A stretch of DNA of 64,000 nucleotides from Lingula anatina. Taxonomy: Eukaryota > Animalia > Brachiopoda. The translations under genes were made by a program, and so were the position numbers. Position 1 is the stretch's first letter, and every line of letters starts with the position of its first letter. Below, piece after piece: positions 1-12,400 of the stretch. The stretch covers positions 7,192,001 to 7,256,000 of the forward strand of contig CM120645.1 of NCBI GenBank assembly GCA_051362555.1, given 5' to 3'. The notes beneath the pieces were generated by a model, which saw nothing but the letters and a program-made list of their open reading frames with translations, had not been told where the DNA came from and ran no database searches.

Positions 1-103
1 TCCTAAGGGTGTCATACTCATGCACCGAGTTTATCTAACAGAATATTCATCATACAGTTAATATGGTAGTAGCCGTTGCCCAGAAGCAAGAAACGACTTT
101 CAC

Positions 104-2392
104 CTTGTAAACCCTGCGCTCCTGGTGCACCCTGTACACCCTGTGGACCCTGAGGTCCTGTGTCACCGGTTACATTGACGACTAGGACCTCTTTGATTCC
201 GGGGTTTACTGAAACCGAAAGGAAGTATCAAAACATATAGCACTGAATTATTTCAACAAATGAATAAATATGCTACTGTCAAATAAAGATAATTTAATCC
301 CTAGGTCAGCGATTTATTTAACTGGTAATTTTACGTAATAATTTAAAATTATAAATAATAATATTGACATACAGATACATGATAAATTACATGATTTCAT
401 AATGATAAAAAACTGACATTTCATTAAAATTTCTCCAGTGTCGATACATTTATTTGCAAAAAATTACAGTTTATCCTATTCAGATATCTAAGATAACGTA
501 ATTGAAACCCACTTGCACTTTCGTAACAAATGGCTCCTTTCTTGAAACACGGCGCGTACTTCTGGCCGATCTGTGGTAAATTTGTGCTCTGAGGCAAAGC
601 TGAAAAAAATTGAGTAACGCAATTAAACACAAGGTTTGAATCAACTTTTTTTTTCCTTGAATAATTCTATATGTACTTAGTGACTCGTACAGTGGAGAAA
701 GGCCGTGATGAGTTTAAAGTTTGTAAAAATATTAAACACCAAATATGAAATATATGACGTCATATCTTTCATATGGAAGAATGATTCAATGCGTGTGCCT
801 TATGGATTATTAGACCTACTTTAGTTGGCGTATTTATCTAAAAGATCACATTGATAAGATTATATTTACGCACGAAATATCCATACCGAAAATTTGCTAT
901 TTCTAAGAGAGAAAGACTGATGCTTCGATTCCCAAGAAAGGCATATTATTTAGCATACAACTATATATGTATTTCAATACATTTAAATGAAAACCAGAGG
1001 AAAGGTCATTTTTGTTTGTGAATCAATCCCATGGTCAAAGTGAGCTGATAAGACCGATCTGCCAGTGATTGTTAGAGACACTACAAAGCTGAGAGTTTAC
1101 CCGGGGTTGGCATGCGTGCAACTGATAACAGATGACAAGCCCTTACACAGTGGTACACGCCTTGTACGAGTAAAGAGTAAACGGCTCCAAGCATTACCTT
1201 ATACTAACACACTGATATATTCTAATGTGAAAGTCATCTCTACTGGATAGTTTCCTAACATAAGACGTGCATCTTATTACAATGCAAGAAAATATGGTGT
1301 TTAGGTTGTTTCTGTTGTTATTTCAAAGGAAACAGATTTCTGTTGTACCTTATTTCCTAATTTGAATTTAAAAAATCAGCAAGAGTTTGTATTTCATAAA
1401 TGCCTCCGACCTTCATGTATCTGACTTTGAATCTAAATTTTAAACTAAACACATTAAAAAGATAATTTACTGAGTTAAAGCTATGACCTATCAAACTTGT
1501 TTTATCTGTCCTATGTTTAAGTTACATGGTGAGTTGTAAGATTTTGATATGCCTCATCTAAATTGTAATATAAGTCCAAGAAGTATATAGAAACAAGTAA
1601 AGGAAAATGTTCAAATTTCATTACGGGTTTTAAAACTTAATCATTTTCATCGTAACCGGAGGTAAAATCAAATATCTTTTTTTTAAATTATGATTAAGAT
1701 TTCCCAGATAAAACTTACCTATCTGTAAACAGTAAAGAGAGAGAATGAGTATTCTTGCAAAGTACCCCGTCATTGTAAGCTGAGTAATATTACTTTCATA
1801 TGTCCACCTGTATTTCTGAAAATTAATGAATTTACCTGTATAATAGGATTGTAATAATTAACCTGATACTATTTTGCTCTGTCGATATTAATCATTACCA
1901 AGAGAAATATCAGTTGACCACGCCCTTTTCTCATAAGTATAACCAAATTATACTGATCAAAAACAAAGATATAAAACAAAAAATATTTCAAGGAGAATAT
2001 CTACAAACTCCATGCGATCAATCTCAAAGGAATATGCTCCAGCAAACCCCCTCATTTAACGTGAATTGCCCATTTTGTCATACACAAAACATGTAGGTCC
2101 AAAACAATTCAAATATTTTTTTAAATTTTAATCATTAACTCAGTCGGCGACAAAAATGATGCATATAGGGGCCTACTGTAGTTCAAACGTCATGGAAAAG
2201 AGAAAGCAAAACAGGAAAAAGAACATCGCTGACCACTTGCTTTTATATCATATCAATATATATATACGTACTTACGTTCTGTGACAGCTGCCCGGTCCTC
2301 TAATTGCCTACTGATCACAGCTCTGGTTTTCTGTGCCATATAAAGCGTTTCCCTGCCACTGACCGTCAAGAGATGGTATGTGAAGAGCACGG
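104..2392 (-). CDS. Partial collagen-repeat (Gly-X-Y) protein gene; continues beyond the left window edge, start exon not identified
   Basis: Minus-strand exon 208-104 has a ttcag acceptor and a gtgaa donor. It reads NPGIKEVLVVNVT-GDT-GPQ-GPQ-GVQ-GAP-GAQ-GLQ-G. A candidate upstream exon 2392-2276 (AVLFTYHLLTVSGRETLY...AAVTE, gtaagt donor) has a compatible phase. Confidence 0.65.
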
Positions 2393-3168
2393 CTTAAGAT
2401 AAAACAAGAATCAACAGCAATCTATGCGCCGCCCGCGAATCAAATACTGATTCACTCCTATACTCTTCGGGGATGGTTCAAGTGCACTGGGCAATGGTTA
2501 TCTTTTTTGTTAGGCATTTTTATGGCTTGTTTTATAGCATCATTCATTGCTTTGCTTTTCTTTTTATCATTATCATATTATCATTCGCCTATCAACAGCG
2601 ATAAGATAAACGCCGAGTGTGAATTGTGTTTTCGTGTTAATGTGATCAATATATCATTTTAAGATGATATTTTTGCAACTGTTATTTGAAATTGTAGTGT
2701 TAAAAAAAGCATTAAAGTGTAAACTGGTGTTGGGGAGTGCAGCATTTTTTCTTCTTGGGCGCCTTCTTGGAGTATGTCATACTTGCCCTCACATTTACTG
2801 TCGTTTACACGCATCAATGAACGAAAGCTCAATTTCACCATAATAAATAGATTTTTGTGCCGCACACCCTCTAAACGTTCAGTTTAGGGGTATACTCGTA
2901 GGCCTACATGCATATAAATATATCTACAGATATACAGAAAATTCATATGAATGATCACAGAAGACTTAAATATTTAGTGATCATTTCAATTACATTTACT
3001 TATTCCGACACGCATATGGAAACAAAGCACTACACAAAGTACGTAATGCATAGAACCGCGCGTGAAAACATTGATAAGATAGCAATGTCCTTAACACATC
3101 CACATTCCGTTATCAGTGCACCCTGGGTATCGGCGTAAATTGATGCCACGTTCACATCGGGACAAGCT

Positions 3169-3348
3169 TAGACTGGGGTAGGTTTACTGACGTCACAATG
3201 GAATGGGTGGGATGACGTCAAAATTAGACTGGAATTGCTTTATCGACGTCAAAAATTGACTGCAATGGGTAAATGACGTCAAAAGTAGACCGGAAGATAT
3301 TTGTGAAAATTAGACTGGAATTAAATCAGTGACGTCAAAATTAGAATG
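3169..3348. repeat. Degenerate ~30-bp minisatellite carrying repeated TGACGTCA (CRE) palindromes
   Basis: Units of the form TTAGACTGGAAT...TGACGTCAAAA. Perfect TGACGTCA at 3188, 3213, 3274 and 3330, and CGACGTCA at 3244. Confidence 0.7.
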
Positions 3349-4089
3349 TAAATTTAACGAATTTCACAGACGACTGCATGTTACAGGGGCTCCTCATGTG
3401 ATTCCTGATGAAACTTATTTTTTAACAGCACGGCATGCCATCTGGGCAGTGGGTGACACCTTTTATTTTTTCTGGTCTAAATAATCTTGGCTTGGACATG
3501 CCTCTTATTGCACGCTGTTGTACGTTCTGTTATTTGTTATGTCACTTTCATCATGATGTCAGTCTCATGTTGCTCCATCTTTGCCGGTCAGAAAATTGCA
3601 AGTGACATACTAGTTAACCCGATTTTGTTGCATGTGGATAGCACTTGGATTTTAAATCGCAACGAATGTATTAACACTCACAATTTTGCCTTTTTATCAT
3701 TTACATTGTAGATGGAGAAGGCCATTCATAATTTTTAAAACCATGTCATACTGCAGACGAAGGCAGTGACCAAGATAAGACATAAGGACGGTCAACGCTG
3801 TGTTGGCCTTATGAGTATAACCGTGCAAACACAAACAATACACTGCGTAATAACTGTAATAATTAACCACAAGGAGTGTTTGTAGGAAATCATGAAATGA
3901 CCCGCCCTTTAAAGTCTGTAGGCCTACTAACAAGCAGCTGCTGATCTTTTGACTAGATTTAACTTCAGTAAAAAATCATCAAAATTATATATCCCATGTA
4001 TATACTGTATAAAATGCCAATAAGTATTTTCACCTGGCACATATAATTAAGATATAAAATATATTTATACTTTCTTTTTGAACACCAAG

Positions 4090-4209
4090 GTCAGGATGGC
4101 CGAGCGGTCTAAGGCGCCAGACTCAAGGTGTAAATCTTGACTCTTCTTCGGAGATTATGGGTGTTCTGGTCCACGAATGTGGGCGTGGGTTCGAATCCCA
4201 CTCCTGACA
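4090..4209 (+). tRNA. tRNA-Leu(CAA) with a 36-nt canonical intron (4128-4163)
   Basis: GTCAGGATGGCCGAGCGGTCTAAGGCGCCAGACT-CAA-G[intron]TTCTGGTCC...GTGGGTTCGAATCCCACTCCTGACA. A and B boxes, long variable arm, downstream T-run terminator. Confidence 0.95.
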
Positions 4210-4280
4210 TTTGTTTTTGAAATTTGATAAAATGATGGTTCTATAATGAAATAAATAAGTATACAAAAAGGACACATTAA

Positions 4281-4611
4281 GGCTTCGTTCACATGCAATG
4301 TCTATTTTCTAAATTCTATTTTCTATTTTCGGTATGTCTTATGATCACGGTCTGTGCACTGAATATCCCGCGGCGTAATTACTGGCAGCGCGAGCCAGTT
4401 ACTATAAGTTACTATAAGTAACTGTCTCGCGCTGCCAGTAATTACGCGGCGGGATATTCAGTGCACAGACCGTGATCATAAGATAGCGCGAATAGAAAAT
4501 AGAATTTAGAAAATAGACATTGCATGTGAACGTGATCATAAGACCGTGATCATAAGATAGCGCGAATAGAAAATAGAATTTAGAAAATAGACATTGCATG
4601 TGAACGAAGCC
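4281..4611. mobile_element. Foldback MITE (nearly fully palindromic) flanked by TTAA
   Basis: TTAA|GGCTTCGTTCACATGCAATG ... CATTGCATGTGAACGAAGCC|TTAA. Arms of ~120 bp pair almost to the centre. About 65 bp of the right arm is tandemly duplicated (~4470-4532 and ~4543-4606). Confidence 0.85.
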
Positions 4612-4847
4612 TTAAATCGTTTCAGTACACCAGAAAATAAATTTTGATATTATGTCAAATGGTTGTTTTATCTATTTGTTTACTAACTTGATGAAACTTT
4701 CAGGTTACCCGTTCAACATGCCGGCTTTAATCAGAATTTTTACCAGCCATACTAACCATTAACATAAAAATTTATTTTAACCATAACTTTACTTCGATTA
4801 GCACTTTAATTTTGATTCGAATCTTATTATCAATGAAGCTCATTGAA

Positions 4848-4965
4848 GTCAGGATGGCCGAGCGGTCTAAGGCGTCAGACTCAAGGAAACTTGACTCTCT
4901 GTTGAAGAGTTTGTGGGTGTTCTGGTCCACGAATGTGGGCGTGGGTTCAAATCCCACTCCTGACA
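4848..4965 (+). tRNA. tRNA-Leu(CAA) with a 34-nt intron (4886-4919)
   Basis: Same body as 4090-4209 apart from two substitutions. Anticodon CAA at 4882-4884; the intron is divergent; TTTT follows the gene. Confidence 0.93.
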
Positions 4966-5269
4966 ATACTTTTCCAATTTAAGAAAACAAATTATAAAGA
5001 AGGAGACAGTTGCATCAACACACATTTTAAAGCCGTGTCGGTATGTAAATAAATAATACATTTTGGATTCAAATATATCAAACAACTGCTAAATTTCTTA
5101 ATTTCTTTTTATTTTGAAGTGAAACTGATCTGAAGACCCATTCTACATGTTGGTTTAGACAACCTTTTCACAAGCCATATGAAAGCGTTATCAGACTAAA
5201 AAAAGACGATAATGTAACTTGTCTTCAGCACTTTATTCTAACTTCTGATCCTTCTAAGCACCAGAATAA

Positions 5270-5355
5270 TTTAGGATGGCCGAGCAGTCTAAGGCTCCAG
5301 ACTCAAGGAGAAACCTTGACTCTTTTTAAGAGTTTGTTCTGTTCCCCGACTGACA
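5270..5355 (+). pseudogene. tRNA-Leu(CAA) pseudogene (variable arm and T-arm deleted)
   Basis: The 5' half TTAGGATGGCCGAGCAGTCTAAGGCTCCAGACTCAAG plus an intron remnant jumps to CTGACA. No B box. Confidence 0.8.
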
Positions 5356-6204
5356 CTTTTTTTTGAATTTATACATATATTTATTTTTAATCAATATATA
5401 TATATTTATATATTGATTAAAGGATAAATTAAGAGGTTGGAGGCATCTACGTACGGGTATAATAGGCCGGTTCCTATTCTAAAGAAAAGATATCTTTCAT
5501 TCCGTCTGCTAAATGATTGTAATTGATAGATTCTGGGAATTACTCATATTTTCTGAAACCCAAAGCCTCTGCCTTTAGGGTAAGGAAATTCGCTGTGGAG
5601 GAGGGCGGAGACGAGGCGTGGGTGGAAAATGGGTGCAGCTATAGTGCAGGAGGTGGACCCATGTTGATATCTGATACCCAGCAACGTTATCGCAATCTGT
5701 TTTAGTAAAGAGTAATACAACATCTGATTAACAGAATAAATCAATGGCACAACGAAAATCAAATAATCGTTATGCAATTGGTATCTCGCACCGGTAGGGC
5801 CTATGTGTCAGCATGCGACTAACTTTAAGTGACCCGATGTCTGTAGATCTCTCTAAATTTATGATCTAAAAATCGAACGGAAGACAGTTGATTAAAAAAT
5901 CAAGCCTATGTGATCGAACTCAAATCTGATCTGACCCAGGGAGGGGCAGATTGGGTTTCGATCACCTAGGCTTTGGCATTATCCCCTTCTCACTCTTAAA
6001 AGCAAATCGAAACAAAACCAAGCATTTTACTCTCCGTTTGCCCCGCTTATTATCTTTAATTTGTCCTAACTAAAGTTAGTTTTTGTGTAATTAAATAAAC
6101 AATTTTACTCTTTGAACACGGCGATGCCAGTGTTGACTTGCTTAAAGAAGAAATGGCACTCACAATCAAAATAAGGGCTCCGCCCATTCACGGACAGCTG
6201 TCCT

Positions 6205-6268
6205 ATAGCGCCATCTATTTAAAGTTACTTGACCTAAAATTCGACCGTATCGATGACGTCACTTCCAA
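6205..6268 (+). promoter_or_regulatory. Putative proximal promoter of the C12orf56 homologue (YY1-like GCGCCATCT; overlapping CRE/ETS TGACGTCACTTCC)
   Basis: CpG-richer patch 150-210 bp upstream of ATG 6419; TGACGTCA at 6254-6261 overlaps CACTTCC. Confidence 0.4.
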
Positions 6269-6418
6269 ACAAATAGGATTATGGAGCCTTGAAATTAGAC
6301 AGAAGCGGGCCAGCGAACACAGGTGATTCTTTTAATCCATTTCGCTTGTATACACCAGACGAGGAGAAATGACAACTAGGGAAAGGTAGCAGGTGCTGGG
6401 ACTCCTTCCAAGTGATGC

Positions 6419-9400
6419 ATGGCTCGCGCAGTGCCAGAGACTTTTCACAAACGCCTGGGGAAATTTGAAAGTTTCCTCAAGCGGGCACTGAAGGATGAGA
6501 AAGCGGTAGAAAGGATTCGGGCCTACGAAGCCTGCATAGTTGTATGGGAAAAGGAGAAATATGGCTTTAAATTCATGGTGCTCGGAGATGAGTGTATATA
6601 TCTCACGGAAAATCCGCCTAAAACCATCCAAGAGGCCGTCCCTTTTAAGGATGTAGTTAGCGTGGAACACGTAAGTTAAAAGCATTACATACTGCAGTAT
6701 AACTTCTGGGACAAATTTGGTCATAGTTGTACTAGTAATACAAATGTGTTGTACACTTTTTGGTTGTTGCACGTACTGCATAGTGTAACTTTCTTCTTGT
6801 TTTGAACATGATGTTTTAAAATTGTAAAATACCAATTCCCCGATTACGACGCACTGCTAGATTGCACCTTCCATATGCAGCACGTTGATGTGCTCCTCCA
6901 GTGGTGTGGGAGGGGGTGTTGGCGTAGGATGGTTGATTGCAGTATGCTTTACTGGCAAAATGATCATTGTGTGTTTTACCACCCCTTCCCCCAAAATTAA
7001 ATAAATATATGAATTTATAAATAAATATGTAAATAAATAAAATCCCGATTCTGCCACTGTTTTGACAAATAGACTAAGATTTCTACCATGAAGTTGAGCA
7101 AATGGAAGAGCTTTTTAACATGAAACTTGAGTATATGGCAGTGAATAATACCTACCAGTATAGGTTATTACATGTATGTATACTGGTACAAGTACTTATG
7201 AATACACACTGAAGTCTTATAGAAGGGCTAAAATAACCCTGAAATGTCAGTTTTATTTTTAAGTCAGTTGCAGCTGAGTGCATGTGCTATATGCATGAAA
7301 ATATAGATTTTTCTTTTCATACGGTAATTTACTAATGCATGGTTTGCATGTTAGAACTACAACGCTCAATATAAGGTTGATCTGTACCATACATGATGTA
7401 GCATTAGCAGGATATTGTCCATGGGGCAGGTCACATAGTCTTACAATAAAAAATGGGGTGATCTGTGCTGAAAAGTTACTACTTGTACAGTAGCCTACTG
7501 ACCACTGTCTAAGAACAGTAGCTAGTGAATGAAAATATAGATAATTTTGTAACTCCCCCCCCCCCTTTTAAGGGCCACTGTTAACACCACAGAGGGGTGT
7601 AGTTTACTAATACCTATTAAACTGAATTTGAAATTGGTTATTTAAGCATTGCAAATTGGAATAGTGGTTATCCCTTTACCAATACAATAATTAACAGATA
7701 CCTGAAGCAACACTTCACAGTGAAACTGCTCTAACTGCTCAAATCACGTATATTTGGACATCAGTAGACAGACAAATAACTTAACATGTAGTTTACAATT
7801 TTAAGACTTAATCAAAGGGTTGCCATTTTGCTGTATGGTAATTAAGTGACAGTCTCCAAACTATTTTCTGTTAATATCAATTATAATAACTATTGACACG
7901 AATTAGGGCCTAATGCCATCTCAGGACTTCCTGTACTGATAAATAAAAGAAATTATCAAAGGTGAACTGCACTGTTGGACAAAGACAAGACCACTTGGCT
8001 AACTGAAGTACATTGTAGGAAGATGCATAGAAATATCCACAAGAGATTAACTCATTGGTGTTTTGTACAAAGATGGTCGGTCTTTCAATTATAGTAAAGA
8101 TACACTCAATCAAGACATGCATTATTTGTAACTGTATACAATTACCATGGCAGAGTACATAGGTCTTCAGTAGATGTTTATATTTAGAAATAATGTGCCA
8201 CATGCAATATCGCATGTCAGCTTATTGCATGTATTTCCTTGTATATTGTGGTCTATAGATGAATTGAATTGGTCTAGCTGTTGCATAATATTTTATTGAG
8301 ACAATAACCAGTGCAAAATTGAGTTAAATCAATTTTGTATTGGGAAAAATGAAGTCAGTTTATTACTGGTAAACACAAATTTCATGCATATTTTTTAGTT
8401 GGATATTGAAGGAATTGCATCACAGCAGAAGATTAGCTTGTGTTAATGTTCTTATCACATATAATAATACTGCAATCTAAATCTAATTTCCTTTTCTATA
8501 TTTCAGGTGAATGATTATCCTGACTTTCTGAGTGGGGAGCAGAGACTGAATACACAGCATATATCAGTCACATTTATGACACACGAACCACTGAAGGGCA
8601 AGAGAGGAAAAAATGATAAATCCCCCCATAGCTCTATGCAGGATATCTCCCAAGGGGGCAACAATAACAATCCTCCCATTAAAACTTCACTATTTAAATC
8701 CATTTCCGATGGTTTATTCAGAAGAGCAAAGTCTCCACGAAGCGAGGAGGTACGAGAAGAGAGGTTGTCATCGTCATCTCCCGTCCAAAAGCCGACCTTC
8801 AGTACTAGTTTTGATGAGGATGTTCTAGACGCCATGAAACAAGACGATGATTCTGAAGATGAAGACAAAGAGCTTCACAGTAGTGGAGAATTACACATGT
8901 CCAAGTCCATGCCAACTATGCAATTAAAGAAACTGAAGCTAGGGAGCAATGACTTGAAAGAGCAGTTGAAAACAAATCGTGTAAATAGCCCCGTCCCTTC
9001 ATCAACCCGTCCTCTCCCTGCTCTACGCAATACAGACTCTCCTGGCCCAGATGGCAATAAGAAGACAGGGCCTCTTTATGAGATTCATAATAAAGCGCCT
9101 GAAAGAAAGCGGTCATTGGAGAGTGACCGCTCTGTTCCCAGTAGAAAGAGCAGTTCAAGATCCAGTAATTCAGATACTGAGAATTTGGGGTAGGTTGAGA
9201 GAATAGAAATGGTGGGTTGGTAGGTTGGGGGGGGGGGGGGGGGGGGAGGGGGGGGCAAGCAGCCGGAAGAAGTACAATAATTTTTAATAAATTCAAACAC
9301 ATTAATTAATCTATCTATTTACATAATTGTCTGATACCTGCCATAGTTTGATTAGGCAGCAGTGAAATAATTATATAATTTCTTCTTTATGATATGATAA

Positions 9401-12400
9401 GAATTTTATTACTTTATTGACAATTGATTTTATTTGCTTTGCGTCTTCAAGTAGATTATTTTATTGCCACAAAAACTATATTTATTGCCACAAAAACTAT
9501 ATATATAGTATAATGATCTAACAAACTTTTACTTAAGCCAGCAAGGAAAGAGTATTAAAGCTGCTATAATGATGTAGATTAGTCAAACTGTAGAGAGGAG
9601 ATTGGGATTAATGAGATTAATAAGCAGGTGGTTATTGCTGGATGACCGCAACAATTTGATGTAATTATTAGTACGGCACGTGCAATTAACACCAGTATGG
9701 CATCTGTCGCTTAATAAACTGCAAATGATTTCCTTTTCCTGTCTAAGATGTTGTTCCAAGAGGAGACTAACATATTTACGTTAAATTACTCCATCAATTT
9801 TGTATCCGGTATGAGATGCAGTTGGCTGTATTCTAGTACTCATACAAATGATTCAGTTACTAGTAATCACTTATGAGTAATGGAAAAATGGTGTCAATTG
9901 TCCACGTGATTGATACAAGATTTTTCCATTTAAATATGAAGCAATTTTTTTCAGGGAGTAATTTTTCATTATAACTAAAGGACAAACAGTATTTACTCAG
10001 TACACAAATTAGTGATAGATTTTCAAAAAAAAAATTAAGCTGTTGAAAAATAAATTCTGGCACAAGCCTGGATGTTTATCTACAGTACTCTAACAACCTC
10101 TTGAATATATCATAAACATTTATATATCTATGTATGTATTTATTTCTATACCAGCTTAATCCCAAAGATAGACATCTCAGATGTTGAAGATGAGGCGTTT
10201 GGTGAAAAACTTGACGAAGCCCGTGAGGCAGAGTTACACATCTATATCCTGAATCTCCATTCCCCGATGCTCATGCTGATCAAGAGTGCCTGGGAAAACC
10301 ATAAAATGGTGAGAAAAAAAAAAGAAATTGTTGATAGAAAATTAAATAATTTCTAAAGAAAGGAAAGGCTTTTTTGTCGCCTTTAAACAATTATTTTTAA
10401 AATTTTACCATCATAAGATTGGCAGAATTAAGATAAATTGATTGATGATGTAATCTCTTCAGTATGATTCAGGCAATTTTTAAATGAAAATAGCAAAGAT
10501 GTGCAATGAAATGGCTTCGTTGGTAGTTTTTTTCTGGAGTTGGTGGTTTCAGATAGAAATTAGTTGAATCTGTCTAGACCACCCCGATTTCTTTTGCTCC
10601 CTCCTCCCAACTCATAATTATAACTTTAATTTTTCTTAAATTATTTTATTTATTTCTGTTTATTGGAATGCTTTTTTATCATTGCAGAGGGGGACTTTTC
10701 TGTTGGATGAGAATTACAGCCTGAAAACGATGCCGTCTCCCAGGCGTTCTGCTATGGACAGGTAAGCAGTGGCTGTTAATTGATGGTCAGTACTCCATTA
10801 GATATATTGTAGTTGAAAATGAATCTATAACAACAGCAAAAATATGTACTATGTAGTCAAAATGGACATTTCTATGAATCCTTTGATCCATCACTTGGGC
10901 GAATAATTTTGATCAAGTCGGTCATGATTGTGGTTTTGATGTTGCGTTAGTGAATTCGTCATTGAATGATTTTAAAAATTTTTTCTTGATATTACACTTG
11001 AATAATGTGTATGAGGTCTCTCTAAAATTCAGCCACATACTAGTACTGGAATATATCAACATATATTTAGCATGTATTTTTGTACTCGAACACTTTGAGT
11101 CCCTTATTAACCCTACCAGGACTGCTGTGCCTTACAGTCCTGTCAAACCAAAGGGGAAAAAGGGAAAATAACGGCACAAGAATATAAAAAAATCTATAGG
11201 GAAATCAGTCCCATACAGTTTGGGAGTTGCAACTGCCCACACTGGAAAATTAAATCTAACTCTAACTGTATGTTAGTTTGAGATAGAAACTGTGACAAAA
11301 AGATATTGATTGCACATCCACGGAGCATAATCACCAAGTTAAATGTCAATTACCTTACCCAGTAAATTGATCATCACCCTTAGTCTCACAGTATTGTTGG
11401 GTGATTTATCTCCACCCAGGATGTGGTTTTTTATCATTGTTGGCTAATTAGGAATGCTTGGAAACCCAGGGCGGAGTTAATGGACTTCTAGTCACACACA
11501 AAGTGTGATCACACCGTTCCCATTTGCTTGGTCGTCAGCTGTAATTATCTGGGTATTTCAAGCATATTATAGCGTAATGTAATTACAGTCTGGAAATTTT
11601 TCCTATAAATGATACACGTGCATTATTAGGACCATATTAAAAACATTCTGGGTAGTTGAAAAACTGTGTCAGTGCTTTAGGGTTTTAGTATGGAGTATTT
11701 CTTTCAGTATACATGGGACCATATTTTCAATGGAAAAATGATAACTGATTTAGTGTATTTAAATTATTATTATAATATTCAACTTGCAAGTTTATTTATT
11801 TAAGAATTGAATCGATTATTAACTGTTACCTAACTACAGTCTGAACAATTACTATTCAGACATGTTTTCAGAACAGGGTTTATGAGTACAATGGCAGACA
11901 TATGTACTAGATATACATTAATAGTTGTACCCTCTTATATGCTGTAGCATGTACACCATCTTTCATACTCAGACGACTCATAATCACTGCTTCAAAGGTG
12001 TATTTCGTAATAGTAAGTGTTCGCTATTCATGTAAAGTCTAGCGGATAAAATGAACCAACACCTTGGGTCAACTTGCCCTGGCTTGAATGAGTACTTAAT
12101 GATTCGTCATTGCAGAAGGATTGATCCTGAAAATAATGGTTCGGCGTGACACAGATTACTTTTTATTGGTTATGGTTGCTGGCCTGTGCAGTTATGTGGC
12201 ACAATTAAACTGGACATTTACAAACTAGGGCATACTGGCAATAATGCAGATATTCTTTGCAATTTACTTAGACATTCGGATGTACTGTTTCAGATCATTG
12301 AAACATATCAATAGAAATTTTGTGCCATTCAACATTACTTTAGGGATAAGCTTCAAACCTTTTTGCTAAATATTTTACAAGAAGAGACCATCAGTTTCAT

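Noticed and set aside
1198-1254. Candidate 57-nt minus-strand exon of the collagen-like gene
   Set aside because: It has a TAA in the required phase, and no partner exon was found to restore frame in the open phase.
2863-2896. Small hairpin CCCTCTAAAC/GTTTAGGGG resembling a HINE end
   Set aside because: No matching opposite terminus was found in the window.
6332-9302. Minus-strand ORFs 6332-6835, 8515-8868, 8875-9057 and 8916-9302
   Set aside because: Antisense shadows of C12orf56 exons; the poly-Pro comes from the G-run.
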